64,000 nt of DNA from Bacilli bacterium (GTDB lineage: Bacteria; Bacillota_I; Bacilli_A; RFN20; CAG-826), in contig JAGAYY010000025.1 of the NCBI GenBank assembly GCA_017940265.1, positions 256,711 to 320,710 on the forward strand. The letters run 5' to 3'. The notes under the pieces were generated by a model, which was given only the letters and a program-made list of their open reading frames with translations, did no database searches and had not been told where the DNA came from. A program made the position numbers and the translations under genes. This document shows positions 51,944-60,570 of the stretch, in pieces; the stretch's first letter is position 1; every line of letters starts with the position of its first letter.

Positions 51944-53176
51944 ATGCGTTGTAAGGTACGTGTTTTAAAATTTGGTACCAAAGCAAGTGATGGTAGCTTA
52001 ATCGGAGAATCTGTAGTACGGAGTTATCTAGAAACCCCGGAATGCATCGAGGATCTAAAAGCTCACCGCATGATAGGATCATTAACTCACAGAGTTCGTA
52101 ATATATCAGCACTAGGGTATTCAAGTGAAACGGCGTCAAATCTTAAGAAAACTATTGCCAAAGATGATGGACTTCTTTTGATTGATAGTAATTGTCCACC
52201 CACTCACTATGTTGATAAATTATGGATTGAAAATGGAGCACTTTGGGCCGAGTTACAAATTTTTGATGAAGAAGGATTTGATGATCAAGCTGTTCAGGCC
52301 ATTCGTAGACTTAAATCTCTCTTGAAATGTACTCAGATAGGCATTTCGAGCGTAATACTAGGCTTCTGGTCGGGCATGAAAGATGGTGTAGATGTTTTAG
52401 AGAAACTTGTACGCTGTAAGGGTATAGACTTTACTTTAAGCCCCAGTTTTCCTGGCAGTTATGTTACCGATGTCATGAATGATGATGGAACTGTTATTGA
52501 AAAAACTTACAGTATTCCACAAGAAGAAATGTTCGAAGGATATAGAGTAAAAACTTTCTCTAGTCTTGAGGGATTTGATATTAATGTTCCAAAAACTTCA
52601 AAGATTGAGAATAAGTTTACTATTCTAAAAGCTAAGGAATTTAATTCAATAACAGATCTTTCAACTGTTAATGATGAATGTGAGCCTAAACAGAAAGAAT
52701 TCACAGTAGCTTCAGTAAATGATCAGATTAGGATGACGAAACTTAGTCCTCGTATTAGGTTTAGACGTATAATCCTAGAATATCGTCAAGTCCTTAAGCA
52801 ACATGGTGGTATAGAAAAGATTGATGAAGAAACTTTGAGAATTATGAAGTCTTTGTTTGCTAATGAAATTCTTAAATTACTGCAGGAAGCTACTCCCCAG
52901 GTAATGAAAGGCAAACAACTTAATGCATTACTTGGCGCTGCATCTCTTAGTGCCGAAGTCAGAAAGGCTTGTAACTCTCTAAACCTTCCACTCAGATTAG
53001 CTTTGATGGAAAATAAGAAGCAAGGTTTTGTAAGTAAGGCTAGATATCAGAAGATTCAAGATGCTTATAATGACTTTGTTCATAGCATTTTGGCCTATGT
53101 ATTCGAAACTCCAACCACCAAGAAGCTACAGGAAGAGGAACTTAATCCAGAAGAAGGCAATGAAGGAAAGAATTAA
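51944..53176 (+). CDS. prohead (maturation) serine protease, T4 gp21-like, with C-terminal coiled-coil extension
   Basis: By eye, blocks MIGSLTH (His), LWIENGALWAELQIFDE, QIGISSVILG (Ser) and IDFTLSPSFPGSYV parallel the gp21 blocks ..GELNHP.., ..MWWKGNDVYGRARVIEG.., ..PGVSSRGLG.., ..VDAVWGPSAPDAWV.. as I recall them. Sits just upstream of the scaffold and MCP. Confidence 0.7.
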   Translation: MRCKVRVLKFGTKASDGSLIGESVVRSYLETPECIEDLKAHRMIGSLTHRVRNISALGYSSETASNLKKTIAKDDGLLLIDSNCPPTHYVDKLWIENGALWAELQIFDEEGFDDQAVQAIRRLKSLLKCTQIGISSVILGFWSGMKDGVDVLEKLVRCKGIDFTLSPSFPGSYVTDVMNDDGTVIEKTYSIPQEEMFEGYRVKTFSSLEGFDINVPKTSKIENKFTILKAKEFNSITDLSTVNDECEPKQKEFTVASVNDQIRMTKLSPRIRFRRIILEYRQVLKQHGGIEKIDEETLRIMKSLFANEILKLLQEATPQVMKGKQLNALLGAASLSAEVRKACNSLNLPLRLALMENKKQGFVSKARYQKIQDAYNDFVHSILAYVFETPTTKKLQEEELNPEEGNEGKN

Positions 53177-53963
53177 ATTATTTTCAGACCCCACCCCAAA
53201 AGAGAGGATTAAGCTTTTCTCTAAGGATGGTAGTGGAACAAAAGTAGTAGTTTGTGCAGATTGTGGGTTTAAACAAGAGACCTCCGCCCATACTACTAAT
53301 TTGCTATGTCCTAAATGTGGTAGTACCCGGTTTAATGTTCTTAGAGCTGTTTATAGCCCTGAAGTATCACCGGAGAAAATCGAAGAACAGGAATGGCAAA
53401 AAGAATTTAATGAAACAAGTGATGAGTTAGAACTTAGATTAAAGGAATTTTCGGGGACAAGTCTTAGTGCTGCCAACTTCGAAAAGGAATTTAGCGTCAT
53501 AGGAGTTACTTCCGAAGATCTTCAAGCGAGAGGTTATGCTAATACCGCTGAAGATGGAAGTATCGAGATTCCTAGCGATGCCTTCTTAATGTCGAGACTC
53601 TTCAGTAATATCAAGATCAGCATAACTAAAACGCTTGAACTAGATCCGGAAGTAATGAATGACGCTTCTACTGGCATATCTAAACTGGAAGAGGTCAGTG
53701 ATCTAAGTCCAAAGAGTATTGCCATAATCAAGAAAGTTCATGGATTTAAAGTCCCTGAGATAGATAAAGAGTCTTGGTTGGCTGATTCTGGTATACAAGG
53801 TGATTTGAAACTCGAGTTTGGTGGTCAGAATATGGATACACCAGAATTTCAATCATTACTAGCAGAAAGATATCCTGATGCTCCGGAGGATCTCTTTGAA
53901 GTTTTAAAAACAAAAGGTATAATCCGAGACACCGGAGATAACAGATTAGAAATCATAAAATAA
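53160..53963 (+). CDS. zinc-ribbon protein with duplicated leader
   Basis: MKERIKLFSDPTPKERIKLFSK..; CADCG..CPKCG; start at ATG 53160 (longest ORF starts at 53061). Confidence 0.7.
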   Translation: MKERIKLFSDPTPKERIKLFSKDGSGTKVVVCADCGFKQETSAHTTNLLCPKCGSTRFNVLRAVYSPEVSPEKIEEQEWQKEFNETSDELELRLKEFSGTSLSAANFEKEFSVIGVTSEDLQARGYANTAEDGSIEIPSDAFLMSRLFSNIKISITKTLELDPEVMNDASTGISKLEEVSDLSPKSIAIIKKVHGFKVPEIDKESWLADSGIQGDLKLEFGGQNMDTPEFQSLLAERYPDAPEDLFEVLKTKGIIRDTGDNRLEIIK

Positions 53964-53966
53964 ATT

Positions 53967-56075
53967 ATGGCTAATACACGTTTAATGGATCGACTCTTTA
54001 GTGCTACAGAAAATAAAGAGGAAGATGTTTTGAATCAGACCGCTCAGGAAATCGAGAAGGCTAAGGAAAATGGCTCTCACGATACGGATGAGTTGGCCTA
54101 TGAAAAGGTAGACGATAATAAAGTTAAAGTTACCGATAAGGAGAATGGTGAGGTTACTATGATCGAGAATTCAGAAGATGGTTACGATATCTATAACCCT
54201 GAGGACGTCTTAGAGGATGAGCAGCCCAAACTTGAGGGATTCTTGCATCCGGAAGTGGATGATCAGGTTGTTCCTGGTGAGCAGACTAATCCTACCGAGA
54301 AAGTCGAAGATCATGAAAATGAACCTATCTCTCCAAATGTAGAAGGTGGTGGTCTCAATCCAGAGGCAGGCCAGGAGAAGAGCGTTGAGGAAACAGCAGC
54401 TGAAGGTCCACAGCCTGAGGAAGGTAAGTGCCCTGAGTGCGGTAAGGAATCTTGTGAATGCAAAAAGGAAGAGCCCAAGAAGGAAGAGGAAGAGAAGAAG
54501 TTCTCTGTATATACTTCTAATTCTGCTGTTCATCGTATCTTCAGTGATCAGGAGTTCTGTGAGCGTTTGTTCTCAGAGGTTCTTGAATCAACTGGTGATG
54601 TTGAAGATGTTACTAAGGTTGGTAACCTCAAGATTGAGAAGACTGCAGACAATGAGCTGATTGTAACTGACTGTGCAACTGGTGATGCTGCTAAGGTATC
54701 TCTCGATGCAGAAGAGCTTTCTGTGACTGAACTTGAGAAGAAGACATTCTCTGAGGAGGGTTCAGAAGGTATTAATCAGCCAGATCAATTTGAACCTGTT
54801 CATGTAGTAGGTGTTGATACTGGTAATCATCAGTTAGTTGACTCTAGTGCATATGGCGCAGAGGAGGCTCAGGAATTAGCTAACCGCCTTACAGAGGCTG
54901 GCGTAGACGGCGTTCAGGTAATTGAAGATGAGGAGGCCGCTCGTGATTACGCTATCGACCTGTTGAATAATCTCGGTGTTAATAATCCCGAGAATGTTGA
55001 AGAGCCCGAAGAGGTTACTTTCAGTGACACAGAAGGCAAGGAATATAGCGTATTTGTTACTCGCTATTTCTCTAATAACACTATCTTCATGGATCGCTTA
55101 TTCAGTGAGTCTGCTAATGGTGTTGAAACCAGTCAGGCTAAGATTGAAGATGCTCTGAAGAGTGGTGACGAGATTGAAACCGATAGTGAAATTGTTACTC
55201 CAATTAGTGCTACAGAAGCTGTAGTCGAAGACAAGGATAATGACCAATTCACGAAGGTTACTCTCGTAGATGACGAACTTAAGCTTGATCCTATTTCTAA
55301 GGATGAAGCAGACGAACTTTTAGATGACGTCGCTGTTTCAGAAAAAGAGAAGGATTTCTCTGATATCTGGACAAATGAGGCTCGCACTAAGTTCTTCTCT
55401 GAAAATGAACCTATGACTGCTTACATGGAACGTCTATTCTCTGATGAAGAGAAGGAAGAACTAATTGAGGAAGCAATCGAGAAAGGTGAACAGAATGAGA
55501 CCGATACTATTGTTATTACTCCGGTAGATGCAGAAACTGCTATTATCCAGGATAAAGGAAATGGTGAGTTTACTAAAGCTGTTCTGTCAGAGGAAGATAT
55601 TGATCTCGCTCCTATCAGTGAGGAAGAAGCTGATAAATTAACTGAGGAGAAGAAGGTCGAGGAAGAGCCTAAGAAAGAAGAGAAAGAGGAAGAAAAGGGA
55701 TTCTCCGTACTCACTAAGTGGTTCACTCAGGTTGTTCCTGCACAGGCACAGCCCGTAGTAGCTGCTCCTCAAGCTGCTCCAGTTCCCGTTGCTCCTGCAG
55801 TTGATGAGAATGGTCAGCCTGTAGTTCCTGCTAATGAAGTACCTAGCGTAGAAGCTATCGAAGACAAGGCTATCGCTGCTGTTCAGCAAATTCAGGCTGC
55901 TGCTGCTGAAGCTGAGGCTCAGATTCTTAATGCTAAGGCTGCTCCGGTGGAGAATGCAGAAGTAGATCTTCAGGAAGCTCAGTTCTCTGAGAAGAAAGAC
56001 GAAAAGACTTTCTCTGCTAATGAAAACGATTCTCTCGTTTCTTGGCTGAACGGCATTTCTAAATTTCGTCGTTAA
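53967..56075 (+). CDS. acidic scaffolding-like protein with internal repeats
   Basis: 702 aa and highly acidic, immediately upstream of the MCP. Four RLFS-initiated modules; Ala/Pro/Gln-rich C-terminal region. Confidence 0.65.
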   Translation: MANTRLMDRLFSATENKEEDVLNQTAQEIEKAKENGSHDTDELAYEKVDDNKVKVTDKENGEVTMIENSEDGYDIYNPEDVLEDEQPKLEGFLHPEVDDQVVPGEQTNPTEKVEDHENEPISPNVEGGGLNPEAGQEKSVEETAAEGPQPEEGKCPECGKESCECKKEEPKKEEEEKKFSVYTSNSAVHRIFSDQEFCERLFSEVLESTGDVEDVTKVGNLKIEKTADNELIVTDCATGDAAKVSLDAEELSVTELEKKTFSEEGSEGINQPDQFEPVHVVGVDTGNHQLVDSSAYGAEEAQELANRLTEAGVDGVQVIEDEEAARDYAIDLLNNLGVNNPENVEEPEEVTFSDTEGKEYSVFVTRYFSNNTIFMDRLFSESANGVETSQAKIEDALKSGDEIETDSEIVTPISATEAVVEDKDNDQFTKVTLVDDELKLDPISKDEADELLDDVAVSEKEKDFSDIWTNEARTKFFSENEPMTAYMERLFSDEEKEELIEEAIEKGEQNETDTIVITPVDAETAIIQDKGNGEFTKAVLSEEDIDLAPISEEEADKLTEEKKVEEEPKKEEKEEEKGFSVLTKWFTQVVPAQAQPVVAAPQAAPVPVAPAVDENGQPVVPANEVPSVEAIEDKAIAAVQQIQAAAAEAEAQILNAKAAPVENAEVDLQEAQFSEKKDEKTFSANENDSLVSWLNGISKFRR

Positions 56076-56163
56076 ACAAGATATATAATCACATGCGGCT
56101 TTAATAAAATGTCCGGGGAAAATTCCCTGGACTCAGCCACATACAAAACACATAATCATAATT

Positions 56164-57624
56164 ATGAATAGCAATACATATTATTTGTCTATGATGCAGC
56201 AGCCCGCTATGATGGATGCTCTGCTTGCAAGCTCGGTTAGTGCTGAAGACGCTAATCTCCGTTCACGCGAGTATGCTAAGATGTTCTCTCGCAATGAAGA
56301 CCTGAAGAATGTATTTGGTCTTAATAACAGTGCTAATCTGATGCAGAAGACTTTCTCTGGTTATGCAGAGACTCCGCTGCTGAGCACGCAGTATTTCAAT
56401 GCTTCGGTTGCTTCTTATGTAAGCTCTTTCGCTGGCTATATGTCTATCGAGCGCGACTTTGATCAGCCTAATGGTCTGTTCTATTGGTTCGACGTTCTCG
56501 GTGTTACCGATATGCGTTCAATTATTCCTAACCTGGGTCCGGATCAGTATCAGGACATTCAGAGCATGGGTGGATTTGAACTCGAGATTACTCCTACTGC
56601 TAATGCTGACTATAGCGCACTGGTAGGTCGTAAGATTATCCCCGGTACTGTGCGTATTAAGATTAAGAATGCTACTGAGGCTTTCGAGCTGATTGATAAT
56701 GGTCAGGGTGCTTTCATGGCTGTTGCTAATAAGATCACTACTGGTACTGTTAACTATCTGAACGGTCGTATCGAGTTCACACTGGCTACTGCTCTGAGCG
56801 GTGATGCTAATACTGAGTCTATCGTTATCGTAGGTAAGGAAGACGTTACTGGTACTCCTTGCAATACCGTAGGTGCAAGCAATGCTCATACTAATGACAA
56901 GCGTTTCATTGCTAAGATGCAGCAAATTGGTCTGTCTACAGTTCCCGATATGCTGGTTGCTGAGTATAACATTGCAGCTCTCGGTGCAATGAAGAAGGCT
57001 ACTGGTGCTGATATGGCTACTTTCCTGTTCACCAAGCTGCGCGAGCTCTATACCAAGATGATTAACTACAAGCTGGTTAGCACTCTGGAAGAGGGTTATG
57101 TAGGTAACACTATGAATGACCTGGATCTGAGTGTTGCATCTGTTGGTGTATCTAGCAAGTTCCACGATTATCGTTCTCGCGTTGATGTATTCGATGCATA
57201 TCTGATCAACGTTGAGAGTGCACTGGCTACAAAGGCTGTTAAGGGTGTTAACACAACTGCTTATGTTGTTGGTAACCAGGCTGCTAACCAGTTCCAGAAG
57301 GGTGGTATGATTGGTAAGTTCGAGAAGAATACCAAGATGACCTACATCAACGACCTGCTTGGTTGGTACGACGGTGTTCCCGTGCTGCGTTCTACCGATA
57401 TCGCTGAGGCTCAAGGTGAGGGTACATTCTATGCTATCCACAAGACCGCTGATGGTCAGATGGCTCCTCTGGCTCGTGGTATCTACATGCCTTTGACAGA
57501 TACTCCTACCATTGGTAACTATAACAACCCAACTCAGATGGCTTCTGGTATCTACTACCAGGAGGGTACTAAGTACATGGCTCCTGAGCTGGTTCAGAAG
57601 GTTACCTTCAAGTACGGCATCTAA
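56164..57624 (+). CDS. major capsid protein (gp23-like position)
   Basis: 486 aa. Follows the protease and scaffold. Codon usage differs sharply from its neighbours (CTG/CGT/GGT-rich), as expected for a highly expressed gene. RSIIPNLG resembles the gp23 RRAIPNLIA block. Flanked by strong hairpins. Confidence 0.75.
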   Translation: MNSNTYYLSMMQQPAMMDALLASSVSAEDANLRSREYAKMFSRNEDLKNVFGLNNSANLMQKTFSGYAETPLLSTQYFNASVASYVSSFAGYMSIERDFDQPNGLFYWFDVLGVTDMRSIIPNLGPDQYQDIQSMGGFELEITPTANADYSALVGRKIIPGTVRIKIKNATEAFELIDNGQGAFMAVANKITTGTVNYLNGRIEFTLATALSGDANTESIVIVGKEDVTGTPCNTVGASNAHTNDKRFIAKMQQIGLSTVPDMLVAEYNIAALGAMKKATGADMATFLFTKLRELYTKMINYKLVSTLEEGYVGNTMNDLDLSVASVGVSSKFHDYRSRVDVFDAYLINVESALATKAVKGVNTTAYVVGNQAANQFQKGGMIGKFEKNTKMTYINDLLGWYDGVPVLRSTDIAEAQGEGTFYAIHKTADGQMAPLARGIYMPLTDTPTIGNYNNPTQMASGIYYQEGTKYMAPELVQKVTFKYGI

Positions 57625-57692
57625 ACTGTCAATAACAATTCTTGACCCCTCTAGGAAACTAGCGGGTCCTTAAGATAAAGAATTAAATCAAT

Positions 57693-57748
57693 AGAGAGGA
57701 ATTACACTGTCTTTTAACCGGAGAGTGTGTTCCTCTCTTACTTTTATA
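57693..57748 (+). terminator. intrinsic terminator after the MCP gene
   Basis: 9-bp stem AGAGAGGAA/TTCCTCTCT (57693-57738) with inner ACACT/AGTGT, followed by TACTTTTAT. Confidence 0.6.
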
Positions 57749-57753
57749 TAGAT

Positions 57754-58026
57754 ATGGCTACATACAAGCTAAAGAGAAAAACTTTTGGTATACCGGGTGC
57801 GCTTTTTGGTGCTAAAAACTTCAAGGCTATGGCTTCTGGAATGAAAGGTACAGAGGCTCTTAGTGCTGGTAAAAGAGCTCTCGAAGGCGCAAAAGGCCTG
57901 GCCAAATCAGTCGGAACGGTTGGTGCAGTAGGTGCTGTTGGGGCTGGCGCTCTTGCAAATAAAGCCGGAGCTAGTGAAGTCCTAAGTGGCGGTGAGAACA
58001 CTGCCCAAAAAATGGAATTCTCATAA
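57754..58026 (+). CDS. leader-bearing Gly/Ala-rich protein
   Basis: MATYKLKRKTFG..ALFG..; VGTVGAVGAVGAGALA. The track start at 57727 lies inside the terminator hairpin. Confidence 0.65.
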   Translation: MATYKLKRKTFGIPGALFGAKNFKAMASGMKGTEALSAGKRALEGAKGLAKSVGTVGAVGAVGAGALANKAGASEVLSGGENTAQKMEFS

Positions 58027-58030
58027 AAAC

Positions 58031-59161
58031 ATGACAAATAAAGTAATCTATAAGGGACTGGAACTAACAACCCTTAAGGGATGTAAATATTATAATGTTG
58101 TTGAGGGATGTGTATGCTCGATTGTAGATGATCCTACCCATTCTGTCCTCACCCTAACCTACACCCCTGGATCTAGCTCTTGGACTTTATCAGAGTTACT
58201 TGGGATACCTCGACTTGGAAGAGATCAAGAGATGGAACCTACTTATGGACCCGTTAGATTCCAGGAGGTTACAGTTTCTCTTGGGGGTATGGTTCTCAGG
58301 AAAATGACAGCCGATACCCACATAATCCACATTGTCATAGTATCAGATTCGGAATCTAGAGTTGTTCAGAATTATGAAGGAACAACTATTGTAGTTTCAC
58401 TTGAGGATAGTAAAAACCCAGATTTTGTTGAGTTTGTGTTTTATTCTGGCGGGCTCGTATATCTAAAACCCGTTGGACCTAAACCTAAATGCTGGACTTT
58501 TGCTAATTACCCAAGAATAATAATAGGAAATAAAAATCTAGTACTCAGCTCGGAAAATCAAGAGGTGTATAGTTTGCGTCGGAGATATGATGATTATGTT
58601 ATACGTGCGACTGACTACTTAGATCAATTCCTGGGAGAAGTTAGACGAATTCTAGACGGTTATGGGCTTGAGTTAGTTAGATTAAATAAGGAAACTACAC
58701 TAAAGAAAACCTCGCACGTAGTTTATAACATCACACAAACACCGACGCGAGAATTACACCCCGGACGTGACGAGCTGGATTCTAGAGTAATTTCATATAA
58801 ACTACCCATCGACTTCTACCTGAGAGCAACAGATATGCCTATGTTCTTTGATTTCAAGAGCAAGTACATAAACGTTAATCTTCTCACTAACTTGACAGAA
58901 TTTAAGACGGGTGATAGATATGGAAAAAGATGGACTGCTGCTGTGAAATGGGGATCAATTACCGAAGATTTTAATCACTTGTATCAACTCGACGATAACT
59001 CTAATTTCTCTTTCCAGTGTCAATTTAGGTGCGAACTCCATTTTTATGAAGCCTTCGACACTAGATATAAGTTCTTAGAGGAAATTGTCTATAATATCAA
59101 ATCTGACAATCATGATATCGTTCAGGAAGAAGCAGTCCCTCGTACAAGACCTAATGCCTGA
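58031..59161 (+). CDS. hypothetical structural-module protein
   Basis: 376 aa from ATG 58031 (the track start at 57986 is a GTG). Confidence 0.7.
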   Translation: MTNKVIYKGLELTTLKGCKYYNVVEGCVCSIVDDPTHSVLTLTYTPGSSSWTLSELLGIPRLGRDQEMEPTYGPVRFQEVTVSLGGMVLRKMTADTHIIHIVIVSDSESRVVQNYEGTTIVVSLEDSKNPDFVEFVFYSGGLVYLKPVGPKPKCWTFANYPRIIIGNKNLVLSSENQEVYSLRRRYDDYVIRATDYLDQFLGEVRRILDGYGLELVRLNKETTLKKTSHVVYNITQTPTRELHPGRDELDSRVISYKLPIDFYLRATDMPMFFDFKSKYINVNLLTNLTEFKTGDRYGKRWTAAVKWGSITEDFNHLYQLDDNSNFSFQCQFRCELHFYEAFDTRYKFLEEIVYNIKSDNHDIVQEEAVPRTRPNA

Positions 59162-59501
59162 AGCAATAGAGTACTTGGAAAAGACAGAGGGAAAATCATT
59201 TAACATTATACCTCCTGAAAAAGCTGACGAAACCTCAAGGGTAAATTCGAAAGCTATGGTCCTTGTATCCTTCGTTAAGAATGAATACGGATATTATCAG
59301 ATACAAGTTCAAGATAAGGAGTTATATAATTATACTCAGAAACTTATCAAAGATATATTTAGAATGAGAATTACTGATATTGATAGAGAACACCGAGTAA
59401 TAACTGCTGAATGCGATCACAAGGGAATAGCTCTACAAATTATTGATGTTCTTAGAGAAAAATATAATCTTTCTATAGTAGTTTCTGGCAAAAGTCGATA
59501 A
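59154..59501 (+). CDS. hypothetical protein
   Basis: ATG 59154 (MPEAIEYLEK..) overlaps the upstream stop by 8 nt. Confidence 0.6.
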   Translation: MPEAIEYLEKTEGKSFNIIPPEKADETSRVNSKAMVLVSFVKNEYGYYQIQVQDKELYNYTQKLIKDIFRMRITDIDREHRVITAECDHKGIALQIIDVLREKYNLSIVVSGKSR

Positions 59502-59507
59502 TATACT

Positions 59508-60089
59508 ATGATTATATTCAAACAAAAAACTTTCTCAGAGTATGATGCAATGAGAAGTTTAGTCGTCACTTTACAAAAATATGGTGACCGAACAAAATGG
59601 AAAACTATCGACTCTAGTGCAGTAGTTCCCGTTCTTCGTGGAAATAATGTAGTAATTGAAAGATTCGTAATATCAACTTCATTCTTACATAGAGATCGTT
59701 ATAGGATGTATTTAAAAATAGGTGCTAAAGCGAAACTCCCGGATGAAGTAAGATTACCAGAAAAAGTATATGATAAAAGACTTGGAAATGCATCTTTAAA
59801 CATAAATGTTGCTAATTTTGCTCCCGGTAGTCAACCTCAGCAAAAGAACAACTCAGTTATATTTAAGCAAAAAGAATTTAAAGGCGGTGGTGCTCCTCCT
59901 ACCGTAAGTGCTAACCTTTCTCCAAATATTGATCTTACATATCAAGTCAGAGAACTATTAGGAGAAGCAGTTAAATACGATAAGAAAGCTCGCTCACTTG
60001 TCTTAGAATTCAAATCAATTCAAGATGCAATTACAGCCTTAAATATACTACCTTTTGGTATAGACTATAATATATTCTTACTCAAATGA
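59508..60089 (+). CDS. leader-bearing protein
   Basis: MIIFKQKTFS; internal repeat of the leader VIFKQKEFKG. Confidence 0.7.
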   Translation: MIIFKQKTFSEYDAMRSLVVTLQKYGDRTKWKTIDSSAVVPVLRGNNVVIERFVISTSFLHRDRYRMYLKIGAKAKLPDEVRLPEKVYDKRLGNASLNINVANFAPGSQPQQKNNSVIFKQKEFKGGGAPPTVSANLSPNIDLTYQVRELLGEAVKYDKKARSLVLEFKSIQDAITALNILPFGIDYNIFLLK

Positions 60090-60307
60090 TAATCTTGCGT
60101 AAACAATTCTCAGGGACTAAGATCTTGAATACAAATGGTGCTCCCGGATTTATTAGGGGAAGAAAATATGATACTGACCTTGATAGACTTGGACGTATGG
60201 AGACATCACAACGAGAACTTCAGAGGACTGGGCAAATAGGGCAAGAGATTAGACAATTGGGAAAAGAATTAAATCAAGGAAGACTAGGAAAATGGCAAAA
60301 TTCGTAG
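60086..60307 (+). CDS. leader-bearing small protein
   Basis: MIILRKQFS. Confidence 0.6.
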   Translation: MIILRKQFSGTKILNTNGAPGFIRGRKYDTDLDRLGRMETSQRELQRTGQIGQEIRQLGKELNQGRLGKWQNS

Positions 60308-60564
60308 TTAAAAGAAAAACATTTGGAATTGCTGAAGCTGCACAGAATACGATCGGTACAGCCGCTGAAACTGCTGGTAATGTTGCTGATACTAAAATCG
60401 GTGGTATGGTAGGTGGACTTGCTACTGGAGGTGCTATTCAAAGTGCCTTGGGTCTTGGATTAGGTCCTTTAGGTTGGTTAGCAGGTGCAGCTCTCGGAAC
60501 AGCAGCTACTCGTGCCGCAGGTAAGGGTCTCAAATCCCTTGGTGAAAGTATTAAGACTGATTAA
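60292..60564 (+). CDS. leader-bearing glycine-zipper protein
   Basis: MAKFVVKRKTFG; GGMVGGLATGGAIQSALGLGLGPLGWLAGAALG. Confidence 0.7.
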   Translation: MAKFVVKRKTFGIAEAAQNTIGTAAETAGNVADTKIGGMVGGLATGGAIQSALGLGLGPLGWLAGAALGTAATRAAGKGLKSLGESIKTD

Positions 60565-60570
60565 AATACA

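Noticed and set aside
56518-57441. 307-aa ORF antisense to the MCP gene
   Set aside because: Lies entirely inside the MCP gene on the opposite strand. It is the expected artefact of the strong codon bias (few stop complements), and its product is low-complexity and implausible.
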